DNA of 64,000 nt, taken from Hyalangium minutum. GTDB taxonomy: Bacteria; Myxococcota; Myxococcia; Myxococcales; Myxococcaceae. The translations under genes were made by a program, and so were the position numbers. Positions 42,606 through 53,175 of the stretch are shown piece by piece (positions within the stretch are counted from its first letter, which is position 1; every line of letters starts with the position of its first letter). The notes under the pieces are model-generated. The model did not search any database. It was not told the DNA's origin and saw only the letters and a list, made by a program, of their open reading frames with translations. Where the stretch lies: NCBI RefSeq assembly GCF_000737315.1, contig NZ_JMCB01000032.1, forward strand, positions 5,792-69,791, given 5' to 3'.

Positions 42606-43064
42606 ATGTCCGCTCGCTTGACCCTCCAGGTCCTCCGCGTTCGTCCCAACCATCCCGATCCTCTGCCGCTCCCCCAGTACGAGACGGCCCTGGCCGCGGG
42701 CATGGACTTGAGGGCGGATATCGATGGCGAGCGGACGCTTCAGCCCCTGGAGCGCATGGCCGTCCCCACCGGGCTCGCCCTGGCGTTACCTCCCGGTTAC
42801 GAAGCACAGGTGCGCCCCCGCTCCGGGCTGGCGCTCAAGCACGGCGTCACCATGCTCAACTCGCCGGGTACCATCGATGCAGACTACCGGGGAGAGGTCC
42901 ATGCCATCCTGGTGAACCTCTCCCAGGAGCCCTTCACCCTTCGTCGAGGCGACCGAGTCGCCCAGCTCGTGGTGGCTCCTGTCACGACAGCGGAGCTACA
43001 GGAGGTCTCCGTCCTGGACACCACCCCCCGGGGGGAGGGTGGGTTCGGATCCACCGGCCGATGA
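42606..43064 (+). CDS. dut: dUTP diphosphatase
   Basis: [36 protein letters not shown]. Confidence 0.97.
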   Translation: MSARLTLQVLRVRPNHPDPLPLPQYETALAAGMDLRADIDGERTLQPLERMAVPTGLALALPPGYEAQVRPRSGLALKHGVTMLNSPGTIDADYRGEVHAILVNLSQEPFTLRRGDRVAQLVVAPVTTAELQEVSVLDTTPRGEGGFGSTGR

Positions 43065-43156
43065 TGGTTCGTTCCTTGCTGGTCTGGGAGGGGGCAGGAT
43101 AAGAGGGAGTGGGCCAGCAGCACCCGGCCCCTGGAAGGACCTGGAGCCCATCCCTC

Positions 43157-45331
43157 GTGCTCTGCTACCGCTGCGGCAGCCACGTCCCTGATTCGAGCGA
43201 TACCTGTCCCACCTGCGGTCAGAAGTACGACGCGGCGGCCAGGCAGGCTGCGAGTCCGTCCGCGCGCCGGAGGGGGAGCATCGAGGGCGCGCCCTACAAG
43301 CCCGGGGACGTCATTCACTCGCGCTTCTCCATCCTCGAGATGATGGGCGCAGGGCCCGTGGGCTACGTCTTCCGGGCGATGGATCAGCAGCATGACGTGG
43401 AGGTCGCCCTCAAGGCGATCAACCCCCGGCTGCTCCAGGAGCCCGAGGAGCGCACCCAGTTCTCCCTGGTCCTCAAGGTCGGCAAGAAGCTCAGCCACCC
43501 CTACCTGTCGCGCGTCTACGAGGAGGGCTTCGACGGGGACCGGCCCTTCTTCACCTCCCAGCTCATCGAGGGGATGACGCTGCGGCGGATGATGGAGATG
43601 CGGGTGGCCAAGGGCCAGCCCTTCACGCTGCGCGAGGTGGAGCCGCTGCTCGGCCAGATCGCCGATGCGCTCGATGGCGCCCACCGCTACGGGCCACACT
43701 CGGACCTCAAGCCCGAGAACATCATCGTCCTGCCGGACGTGCTCAAGGTGACCGACTACGGGCTCTCCCTGGGCATTCCCCGGCCTCCCTTCGTCCAGGC
43801 TCAGAAGGGCTACCGCGCCGAGGCCTACATCGCTCCCGAGTACGTGTCGGGCAGCGAGATCGACGCGCACATGGACATCTACTCGCTCGCGGTCATCGTG
43901 GGCGAGATGCTCACCGGGCTCATGCCGGACGCGGATGGCATCCCCGAGGTTCTGATGAAGAACCCGGACCTCCCGCCTGCCTTCGAAGCCCTCTACCGGC
44001 GCGCGCTCAACGCCAACCCGCTGGCCCGCCCGAAGTCCGCGGGCGAGTTCGCCGCCGAGTTCTCCTCTATCGTCGCCAAGGGCCCGGGCGGCTCGAACAG
44101 GATCTCCCGGCACGCACAGCCCCTGGGCAGCTCGGCATTGACGCACGCGGCTCGCAGCGCCGAGAAGCCGCCGCCGCCCGTCCCCACGGATCAGCTTCCC
44201 ATCGCCAGCGTGTCGCCACCGGTGCCCAAGGCTCCTTCGAAGGAGGAGCCCCCCGTCGACGCCACCCAGCCGATGGACGCGGACATGCTGGCCCAGATCA
44301 TGGCCGCGTCCCCCGCCGTCGCGAAGGCCGTGACCGCGCAGCGCCCTGTCATCAAGCCTTCCGGGGGAAACACGGGGCCGGTGGGCCGGGCCTCGGCTGC
44401 GTCCACGCCCTCTCTTCATGCTCAGGGCATCGAGGACCAGCCCACGGATCCGGCCCAGGCCGTGACAGCGCTTCGTCCGCCCCCGCGCGCTCAGCCGCCC
44501 GCTCCCCGTCAGCCCGTGAAGCGTGTGGAGAAGCGGCCCATGTCCGCCGTGTGGCTCGTGCTGCTGACGCTGGCGGGGCTGGCGATTGGCTCGGGTGTGG
44601 GCTACCTGGTGCTCAAGCACCTGCGCTCGCAGCAAGCGGAAGATGGCTCGGGCACCGTGACGGCTCCCACGCCCCCGTCCGAGCCGCGCGAGGCCCTGCC
44701 GCCTCCCGCGGAGCCCGAGGTGCACGACCCCATGGCCCCCGCGGGCAAGTGCCCCCCCGGCATGAAGCTGGTGAGCGGAGGGGCCTTCAAGCGGGGCGTG
44801 GCGCAGGATGACCCGGACAAGATGTTCGACGAGCGCCCGCTGGAGAACGTGCAGGTGCCCTCGTTCTGCATCGACGAGTACGAGTTCCCCAACAAGCCAG
44901 GGGGGCTGCCCACCGTCGGCGTGAACTGGGATGAGGCGAAGCAGTCCTGCGCGAGCGTGGGCAAGCGGCTCTGCACGGAGGACCAGTGGGAGAAGGCATG
45001 CAAGGGCCCAGGCAATGCGCGCTTTCCCTATGGGAACGAGTTCGACGCGAACGTGTGCAACACCGACGACGCGCAGGGCCGCGATCGAGAACTGGCCGAG
45101 GGCGGGCGCTTCCCGCAGTGCCGCTCGGCCTACGCCGTGGCGGACCTCTCCGGGAACGTGGCCGAGTGGACGGCCTCGGACTTTGGGGACAGCCTCTCGA
45201 GCAAGACCCAGAAGGGTGGGGCGTACGACCGGTCCGTCCATGCCGTGCGCTGCTCGGCGCGGATGAAGGGAGTCCCCACGGAGCGCAAGCCCACCGTGGG
45301 CTTCCGCTGCTGCGCGGACGTCCTGCAATGA
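43157..45331 (+). CDS. Zn-ribbon - Ser/Thr kinase-like - TM - FGE-sulfatase domain protein (start uncertain, 43109-43157)
   Basis: CYRC..CPTC; GAGPVG, VALK, HSDLKPEN, DYG; TM; FGE motifs FCIDEYE, GKRLCTEDQWEKAC, DLSGNVAEW, VGFRCC. Confidence 0.88.
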   Translation: MLCYRCGSHVPDSSDTCPTCGQKYDAAARQAASPSARRRGSIEGAPYKPGDVIHSRFSILEMMGAGPVGYVFRAMDQQHDVEVALKAINPRLLQEPEERTQFSLVLKVGKKLSHPYLSRVYEEGFDGDRPFFTSQLIEGMTLRRMMEMRVAKGQPFTLREVEPLLGQIADALDGAHRYGPHSDLKPENIIVLPDVLKVTDYGLSLGIPRPPFVQAQKGYRAEAYIAPEYVSGSEIDAHMDIYSLAVIVGEMLTGLMPDADGIPEVLMKNPDLPPAFEALYRRALNANPLARPKSAGEFAAEFSSIVAKGPGGSNRISRHAQPLGSSALTHAARSAEKPPPPVPTDQLPIASVSPPVPKAPSKEEPPVDATQPMDADMLAQIMAASPAVAKAVTAQRPVIKPSGGNTGPVGRASAASTPSLHAQGIEDQPTDPAQAVTALRPPPRAQPPAPRQPVKRVEKRPMSAVWLVLLTLAGLAIGSGVGYLVLKHLRSQQAEDGSGTVTAPTPPSEPREALPPPAEPEVHDPMAPAGKCPPGMKLVSGGAFKRGVAQDDPDKMFDERPLENVQVPSFCIDEYEFPNKPGGLPTVGVNWDEAKQSCASVGKRLCTEDQWEKACKGPGNARFPYGNEFDANVCNTDDAQGRDRELAEGGRFPQCRSAYAVADLSGNVAEWTASDFGDSLSSKTQKGGAYDRSVHAVRCSARMKGVPTERKPTVGFRCCADVLQ

Positions 45332-46269
45332 GGAACGTTGGGCTCGCATTGCTGCTCGCGCTGTTGCTGCCAGGACTGGCCAGCGCTCAGGGCCGCCGCA
45401 AGGTGGTGGCCGTGAAGTCCGCCTTGCTGGCGCCCTATGCCTCCGTGGTGGCCGGCTTCCGTGCCGAGGCCGATGCCGACGTGCAGGAGGTGATGCTCGA
45501 CGAGAGCTCCTCCGCCGCTGCCCGGCTCTTCAAGACGCTGGCGATGCAGAAACCGGCCCTGGTGTTGGCCATCGGGCCGCTGGCCGCCAACGCGGCGCGC
45601 CGCTCCCTGGGCGAGGACATCCCCGTCCTCTTCGTCATGGTGCCCTACTTCGAGAAGTACGGCCTGGAGGGCCCCAACGTCACCGGCATCTCGCTCACGA
45701 GCGACTACACCCCGGAGCTCGGCGCGCTCAAGGCCCTGTCTCCCAAGGTGAAGCGGGTGGGCATGCTCCATGATCCGCGCTTCTCCGCGAGGCAGGTGCA
45801 GACGGCGCAGGAGGCCGCCAGCGGACTGGGGCTCACCATCGTCCCACTGGAGGTGGAGGCTCAGGCCCGCGTGGAGAAGGTGCTGGGCGCGGCCGCCGGC
45901 AAGGTGGACGCCCTGTTGATGGTGGCCGACAAGACGGTGGGCAACGCCGCCGTCGTCCAGGCGCTCATCGCCTTTGCCTCCGAGCAGAAGCTCCCCCTGG
46001 TGGCGCTCACCTCCAGCCAGGTGAAGGAGGGCGCCACGCTCGCCCTGGCCCCGAGCCCCACCGCCATCGGCCAGCAGGCGGGGCGGCTGGCCAACCGCAT
46101 CATCCATGAGAAGGTGAACCCGGGCGCGATGGCGGTGGCGCAGCCCGAGAGCATGGACCTGGCGATCAGCCTCACCGCTACCCGCAAGTTGAGCTCCTCC
46201 TGCGACGCCGCGATGGAACTGCTCCGCTACGCGGCGAAGCGGGACTTTCCCGTGAAGGTCCACGAGTGA
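45328..46269 (+). CDS. ABC-type substrate-binding-like periplasmic protein
   Basis: Signal peptide; NVTGI, VKRVGMLH.P, IGQQAGRLA..I pattern; ATGA overlap. Confidence 0.8.
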   Translation: MRNVGLALLLALLLPGLASAQGRRKVVAVKSALLAPYASVVAGFRAEADADVQEVMLDESSSAAARLFKTLAMQKPALVLAIGPLAANAARRSLGEDIPVLFVMVPYFEKYGLEGPNVTGISLTSDYTPELGALKALSPKVKRVGMLHDPRFSARQVQTAQEAASGLGLTIVPLEVEAQARVEKVLGAAAGKVDALLMVADKTVGNAAVVQALIAFASEQKLPLVALTSSQVKEGATLALAPSPTAIGQQAGRLANRIIHEKVNPGAMAVAQPESMDLAISLTATRKLSSSCDAAMELLRYAAKRDFPVKVHE

Positions 46270-47579
46270 TTCCTCGATACAGCCGACAGGAGATGGCCTC
46301 CCTCTGGTCCGATGTTGCCCGCTACCGCCGTTGGCGCGACGTGGAGCTTGCCGCGCTGGAGGGCATGGTGGAGGTGGGGCTGGCCCCCAAGGAGGCGCTG
46401 GAGGACTGCCGCGCCAAGGCCGGAGACTTCACCCCCGAGGACGCCGCTCGCATCGAGGAGATCGAGCGCACCACGAAGCATGACGTGATTGCGTTCCTCA
46501 CCTTCATGGAGGAGCGCGTCGGCCCGAACGCGCGCTGGCTGCACCTGGGGATGACGTCCTCGGATGTGCTGGACACCTCGCTGGGGCTCACGCTGCGCGA
46601 CGCGCTGGACCTCATCCTCAAGGGGCTGGCCCGGGTGATGGCGGCGGTGGAGAAGCGCGCCTTCGAGCACAAGAACACGGTGATGATGGGGCGCAGCCAC
46701 GGCATCCACGCCGAGCCCATCACCTTCGGCCACAAGCTGGCCATCTGGTACGACGAGCTGAGCCGCGGCCGCGCCCGCCTCGAGCGCGCCCGGGAGACCA
46801 TCGCCGTCGGGAAGATCTCCGGCGCGGTGGGCACGTTCGCGCACCTGCCGCCCTCGGTGGAGGAGCACGCGTGCCGCAAGCTCGGGCTGCACCCGGCTCC
46901 AGCTTCCAGCCAGATCGTCCAGAGAGACAGGCACGCGGAGTACTTCGGGGCGCTGGCCCTGCTGGGCGCCAGCATCGAGAAGTTCGCGGTGGAGATCCGC
47001 CACCTGCAGCGCACCGAGGTGCGCGAGGCGGAGGAGCCCTTCACCCCGGGCCAGAAGGGCTCGAGCGCCATGCCGCACAAGCGCAACCCCATCCTCTCGG
47101 AGAACCTCACGGGGCTGGCGCGGCTGCTGCGCGGCTACGCCGTGAGCGCCCTGGAGGACGTGGCGCTGTGGCACGAGCGGGACATCTCGCACTCGTCCGT
47201 GGAGCGCGTCATCGGTCCGGACGCCACCATCGTCATGGACTTCATGCTGCACCGCTTCGCTGGGCTCATGGAGAACCTGCGCGTCTATCCCGAGCAGATG
47301 GCGAAGAACCTGGAGCTGCTCGGCGGCGTGGTGAACTCGCAGCGCATCCTGCTGGAGCTGGCGCGCAAGGGCATGGACCGGCAGGCCGCCTACGTCATCG
47401 TCCAGCGCAACGCGATGAAGATGTACGAGGAAGGCGTCAGCTTCCGCGAGTCGCTGCTGAAGGACGCCGACCTGCTGAAGATGATGACGCCCGAGGAGAT
47501 CAACGACTGCTTCTCCACCGGCTACCACACGCGTCACGTGGACGACATCTTCCGCCGGGTGTTTGGCCGCGGCGGGTAG
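46266..47579 (+). CDS. purB: Adenylosuccinate lyase
   Basis: [34 protein letters not shown] signature. Confidence 0.97.
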   Translation: MIPRYSRQEMASLWSDVARYRRWRDVELAALEGMVEVGLAPKEALEDCRAKAGDFTPEDAARIEEIERTTKHDVIAFLTFMEERVGPNARWLHLGMTSSDVLDTSLGLTLRDALDLILKGLARVMAAVEKRAFEHKNTVMMGRSHGIHAEPITFGHKLAIWYDELSRGRARLERARETIAVGKISGAVGTFAHLPPSVEEHACRKLGLHPAPASSQIVQRDRHAEYFGALALLGASIEKFAVEIRHLQRTEVREAEEPFTPGQKGSSAMPHKRNPILSENLTGLARLLRGYAVSALEDVALWHERDISHSSVERVIGPDATIVMDFMLHRFAGLMENLRVYPEQMAKNLELLGGVVNSQRILLELARKGMDRQAAYVIVQRNAMKMYEEGVSFRESLLKDADLLKMMTPEEINDCFSTGYHTRHVDDIFRRVFGRGG

Positions 47580-47584
47580 CGCCC

Positions 47585-48235
47585 TCAGCTGACGTCGAGG
47601 TGCCACGCCCGCTGGCTGTCCATGGCGCAGGCGGCCTGGACGGCGTCGGCCATCAGGGCCGCGCTCTGTCCGGGCCATAGTGCCCCGAGCTCATACGGTA
47701 CGCCCGCGAGCTGGCTCACCAGCCCCGTGCTCCGGAAGATGCCGCCGGGCAGCCGGGCCATGAGGGCGGTGTTGGCGATGCCCACGCTCACCGGGTAGCG
47801 CCGGCGGTGGGCGTGGAGCAGGCACCCGGCTAGCAGCAGCAGGGCCAACTGTTTGCCCCGGTACGGTTTCTCCACGTAGCCCCAGTCCATCTCCACCAGG
47901 TCCTCGCGCCGCAGATCGAAGCACCCCGTCAGCGTGGGCAGGTCCAGCCGCTGCCACACGTCCGGGATCAGCCGCTCGAAGATGAAGGGTTCGCTGGAGG
48001 CGTGCACCAGGCCAATCATCCCCACGGCCTGCCGGGTGGCCCCCTCCAGGGCCTCCACGAGCATGAACTCGCTGCGCGAGGAGTCCGCCTCGAGCGCTCC
48101 CTTCGGCGCGTTCAGCTCCTCCACGAACTGTCCCCGCAGGCGGTGGACTGCCGCGCTGTCGGCCGGAGTCGCCCGTCGAAAGAGGTACTGGGTCACGGTG
48201 CCTCTGTGGATCACGGAAAGGCATTCCTGAAGCAA
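47585..48235 (-). CDS. GNAT-fold acyltransferase (distantly FeeM/LuxI-like)
   Basis: FRRAT..D..AVHRLR, VGMIGL, YVEKPYRGKQLA acyl-CoA-binding pattern. Confidence 0.65.
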   Translation of the reverse strand: MLQECLSVIHRGTVTQYLFRRATPADSAAVHRLRGQFVEELNAPKGALEADSSRSEFMLVEALEGATRQAVGMIGLVHASSEPFIFERLIPDVWQRLDLPTLTGCFDLRREDLVEMDWGYVEKPYRGKQLALLLLAGCLLHAHRRRYPVSVGIANTALMARLPGGIFRSTGLVSQLAGVPYELGALWPGQSAALMADAVQAACAMDSQRAWHLDVS

Positions 48236-48293
48236 GAGTCAGGCCAGGAAGGCTTCCCTCGGAGGCAGGCGTCCTGGAGGTGTGTCCAAGGGC

Positions 48294-48331
48294 CGCTGAC
48301 ATGTCAGCGCCGTGTCAGCTGTCATGTCAGC
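48294..48331. repeat. CTGACATGTCAG palindrome cluster (second locus)
   Basis: Perfect CGCTGACATGTCAGCG (48294-48309), half site GTGTCAGC, and GCTGTCATGTCAGC (48318-48331). Confidence 0.85.
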
Positions 48332-48376
48332 GCGCGGCTCAGCGGCCCAGGTCGAGGGCGATGCCCGCCTGGGCTG

Positions 48377-50071
<1,695 letters not shown>

Positions 50072-50163
50072 AGGTGCACAGTCGGCGTGTCCAAGGGCTC
50101 CTGCCCACCTGTTCTTTGAAGGGGAGCAGGGACACTGGATCCCTTACGGCGCGTCCTGAAGTC

Positions 50164-50280
50164 TCAGGCTTTGAGAAAGCCAGGGTGGGGAGACGCGTCT
50201 TGGCGCTTCTTCTCCGGAGTGATGCCCGCCAGGAAGTCCTCGACGTTGGCCACGGTCTTCTTCGTCTTGAGTTCCGCCAC
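50164..50280 (-). pseudogene. Truncated N-terminus of a DUF1801-like gene
   Basis: GAGGGAG then GTG: MAELKTKKTVANVEDFLAGITPEKKRQDA, then unrelated SPHPGFLKA-stop; not in ORF track. Confidence 0.65.
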
Positions 50281-50309
50281 GGCGGGCTCCCTCGTTTGCG
50301 AGTTCGGGT

Positions 50310-51266
50310 TTACAGGTACCCGGCGGCCCGGAGGTTCTTTTCGATGCGCGCGTGCACGTCGCCCGGCTCCAGCTTCAGCTCCGTGCCCGTAATCCGCTCG
50401 TAGGCCGTGAGGTACTTCGTCGCCAGATCCACCCGCACTTCATCGGGAATCACCGGCGGCGTGCCGTGGCCCTGGAAGTTCCGCTCGCGGATCAGCCACT
50501 GGCGGATGTTCTCCTTGTCCAGCATCCGCTGGTCCTCGCCCTTCGTGAACCGCGCCTCGTACTCGTCCGCTACCCAGTACCGGCTCGAGTCTGGCGTGTG
50601 GATCTCGTCGATGACGTACAAGTCATCGCCCACCTTGCCGAACTCGTACTTCGTATCCACCAGGATCAACCCGCGTGTGCGCGCCCACTTCTGGCCCTCG
50701 GCGAACAGCGCCTTCGCCGCCTCCGTCAGACGAGCCCAGTCCCTCGGGCTCGCCAGGCCGCGCGACAGGATCTCCGCCTCGGAGATCGGCTCGTCATGCT
50801 GGCCGTACTGCGCCTTCGTCGACGGAGTGATGATGGGCTCCGGGAACACCTCGTCCTTGCGAAGCCCGGCGGGGAAGGGCAGCCCGTAGGCCGTGTGCGT
50901 GCCCTTCTGGTAGTCGCGCCACAGGCTCCCCGTGAGGTACCCGCGCACCACCATCTCGATGGCGAATGGCTCGCACGCCCGCGCCACCGTCACGTTCGGA
51001 TCCGGCACGTCCAGAATGTGGTTGGGCACCACGTGCTTCGTGCGCTCGAACCAGAACGTCGCCAGCCGGTTGAGGATCTCGCCCTTGAAGGGGATCGTCG
51101 TCAGCACGTGATCAAACGCGGACAGCCGATCCGAGGTGACCAGGATGAGCCGGTCCTTCTGGCGGTACGTGTCGCGGACCTTGCCCTGGTAGTGCGTGCC
51201 CAGCGTCGGCAGGTTCACCTGCCGGAGGGTATGCGAAAGCTGCGCGTGGAGAGCGGACGTGTTCAC
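50310..51266 (-). CDS. purC: SAICAR synthetase
   Basis: GKVRD, SDRLSAFD, EMVVRGYLTGS, LVDTKYEFG, DEIHTPDSSRYW. Confidence 0.96.
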   Translation of the reverse strand: MNTSALHAQLSHTLRQVNLPTLGTHYQGKVRDTYRQKDRLILVTSDRLSAFDHVLTTIPFKGEILNRLATFWFERTKHVVPNHILDVPDPNVTVARACEPFAIEMVVRGYLTGSLWRDYQKGTHTAYGLPFPAGLRKDEVFPEPIITPSTKAQYGQHDEPISEAEILSRGLASPRDWARLTEAAKALFAEGQKWARTRGLILVDTKYEFGKVGDDLYVIDEIHTPDSSRYWVADEYEARFTKGEDQRMLDKENIRQWLIRERNFQGHGTPPVIPDEVRVDLATKYLTAYERITGTELKLEPGDVHARIEKNLRAAGYL

Positions 51267-51308
51267 GAGGCGCCTCGGCCTCCGCGGAGGTGCGGAGCGG
51301 CGCGGACT

Positions 51309-51896
51309 CTACTGGACGTTCGCGGAGGTGGAAGCGAGACCTGAGGCCGCTGCCAGATACAGGAAAGCCGGGTTGATGCGCAGGATGCCGTCCACGTATG
51401 CCACCGCGTACGGTGCACCCGACACCCGGTCCACCTGCACCGGGCCCGTCTGCTGGATGCCCCAGTGGGTCAGCAGCGTGCGCGCCACCAGCTCGGAGGA
51501 CTCGCGCTCGGACAGCCCCTGCAGGCTGTCACGGCGCTCCTCAGGCCAGTGCTCACCCGTGCGCCCGTCGAACGTCAGCTGCAGCACTCCGCCCGCATCG
51601 GGCGCCTGCAGCAGGTCCATCCGCGCGTCGAAGCCCGGGGCCGCCACCAGCTCGCCGTGGTGGCTGATGGGGAAGAGCACCAGCGCCTGGGCGGCCTGGC
51701 CCTCCTCCTGCTCGGACAGCCGCGCCAGCTCGCGGAACAGCTCCTGCCGCGTGGAGGCCGGCTCGAACTCGAGTGCCTCCGGAGCGCTGGTGAGCGCCTG
51801 CCGCGCCGTCAGCGACGAGCGCATGGGAGTACCCGTCCCGCCACAGGCGGTCAGGACGACGACAGAGAGCAGCAGGCCAGGGACCCAGCGACGCAT
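51309..51896 (-). CDS. Hypothetical lipoprotein
   Basis: MRRWVPGLLLSVVVLTA-C lipobox. Confidence 0.75.
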   Translation of the reverse strand: MRRWVPGLLLSVVVLTACGGTGTPMRSSLTARQALTSAPEALEFEPASTRQELFRELARLSEQEEGQAAQALVLFPISHHGELVAAPGFDARMDLLQAPDAGGVLQLTFDGRTGEHWPEERRDSLQGLSERESSELVARTLLTHWGIQQTGPVQVDRVSGAPYAVAYVDGILRINPAFLYLAAASGLASTSANVQ

Positions 51897-51924
51897 CGGC
51901 CTGGAATATACCGATCACCGCCCC

Positions 51925-52683
51925 ATGCAGCTAGATAAACTCGGGGGCATGGGCCTGGCTGAACAGCTCACGGTCGTCCTTCATCAGACGCGTTCCCCAG
52001 AGAACCTCGGCGCGGTGGCCCGCGTCATGGCCAACTTCGGCTTCTCCCGTCTCATCTTGTCCGACCCCGTCACCTACTCCTTTCGAGGGGCGGAGCGGCT
52101 CGCCGTCAAAGGAGAGACGGTGCTGGACCGCATGGCTGTGGCCCGCGATCTGCCCGAGGCCCTCACCGACTGCGTGTACGCGATTGGCACCACCTCTCGC
52201 ACCCAGCTCAAGGGACGGACGTATCTCACCCCGGAGGAGGCGGTGGGACGGCTGGCGCAGGAGAGCGCACGGGGGAGGGTGGCGCTGGTGCTCGGGGGCG
52301 AGCAGCGGGGCTTGTCCGACGAGGAGCTGGCTCACTGTGCCGAGGTGCTCGTCATCCCCACCAGCGATGTGCAGCCCTCGATGAACCTGGCGCAGGCGGC
52401 CGGGGTGCTCCTCTATCTGTGCGGCCGGGAGGGCGCGACGAACCCGGTGCCTCCGGCTCTCGAGCCGGGCGCGCGCATCGGTACGCTGAACGCGCTGAGC
52501 CAGCGGATGCGCGAGGCGATGCTCACGGCGCAGTTCCTCAACCCGCAGGCGCCGGAGCACGTGCTGCACGAGCTGGAGCTGACGTTGTCACGGGCGCGGC
52601 TCACCCAGCGCGAGGCGGAGCTGTGGCTCACGGCCTTCAAGCACCTGGAGCGAGCGGTGAAGCGGGGCGCCCCCACTCCTTAA
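51925..52683 (+). CDS. SPOUT RNA methyltransferase (TrmJ/TrmH family); start 51925 or 51949
   Basis: PENLGAVARVMANFG, LVLGGEQRGLS, SMNLAQA. Confidence 0.9.
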   Translation: MQLDKLGGMGLAEQLTVVLHQTRSPENLGAVARVMANFGFSRLILSDPVTYSFRGAERLAVKGETVLDRMAVARDLPEALTDCVYAIGTTSRTQLKGRTYLTPEEAVGRLAQESARGRVALVLGGEQRGLSDEELAHCAEVLVIPTSDVQPSMNLAQAAGVLLYLCGREGATNPVPPALEPGARIGTLNALSQRMREAMLTAQFLNPQAPEHVLHELELTLSRARLTQREAELWLTAFKHLERAVKRGAPTP

Positions 52684-52733
52684 GATCAGAGGATCCGAGG
52701 GGGAGGCGCCCGGTGAGGCGAGGCGAGACGGGG

Positions 52734-53012
52734 CTAGGCCGCCGCCGCGCCCTCCTTCTTGTAGGTCTCGGCGTAGTGCTTCTCGCACAGACCGCCCTTG
52801 AGGACCTTGGCGCGGCAGTCCGCCTTGGAGCAGGTGCGGTAGCGCGAGTGGGGCAGCTCGCCCTGGCGCCAGTGCTTGTAGTGGAAGAAGCAGTAGCTCT
52901 TGGCGCGGTAGGGGCGCTTGCAGCCCGCCACGGAGCACGCCTTCTTGCCGCCGGCCTTGGCCACTCGCGGCCACTTCTTCAGCGTCTTCGTCTTCTTGGC
53001 TTCCTCGGCCAT
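52734..53012 (-). CDS. Small basic protein with two C-x4-C-x9-C-x2-H repeats (myxobacterial 'vegetative protein'-like)
   Basis: CSVAGCKRPYRAKSYCFFHY and CSKADCRAKVLKGGLCEKHY. Confidence 0.75.
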   Translation of the reverse strand: MAEEAKKTKTLKKWPRVAKAGGKKACSVAGCKRPYRAKSYCFFHYKHWRQGELPHSRYRTCSKADCRAKVLKGGLCEKHYAETYKKEGAAAA

Positions 53013-53175
53013 GGGGTTCCTCTCTCTGGTGCGAAACGGTCCCGAGCGTCACCACAAAGGGCCCACCCGGACACGAAAAAGGCGCACTGTGTAGCGCCCG
53101 CGCGAGGGGAACGCAAGCTGAGCGGCGACCGAGGAGGCAGCCCCGGCCCCCGGCCGTCAGGGAGACGGGATGGCG

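Noticed and set aside
47585-48235. Canonical LuxI AHL synthase
   Set aside because: Conserved Trp, Arg and E-x-SR residues are absent; kept only as a distant fold-level similarity
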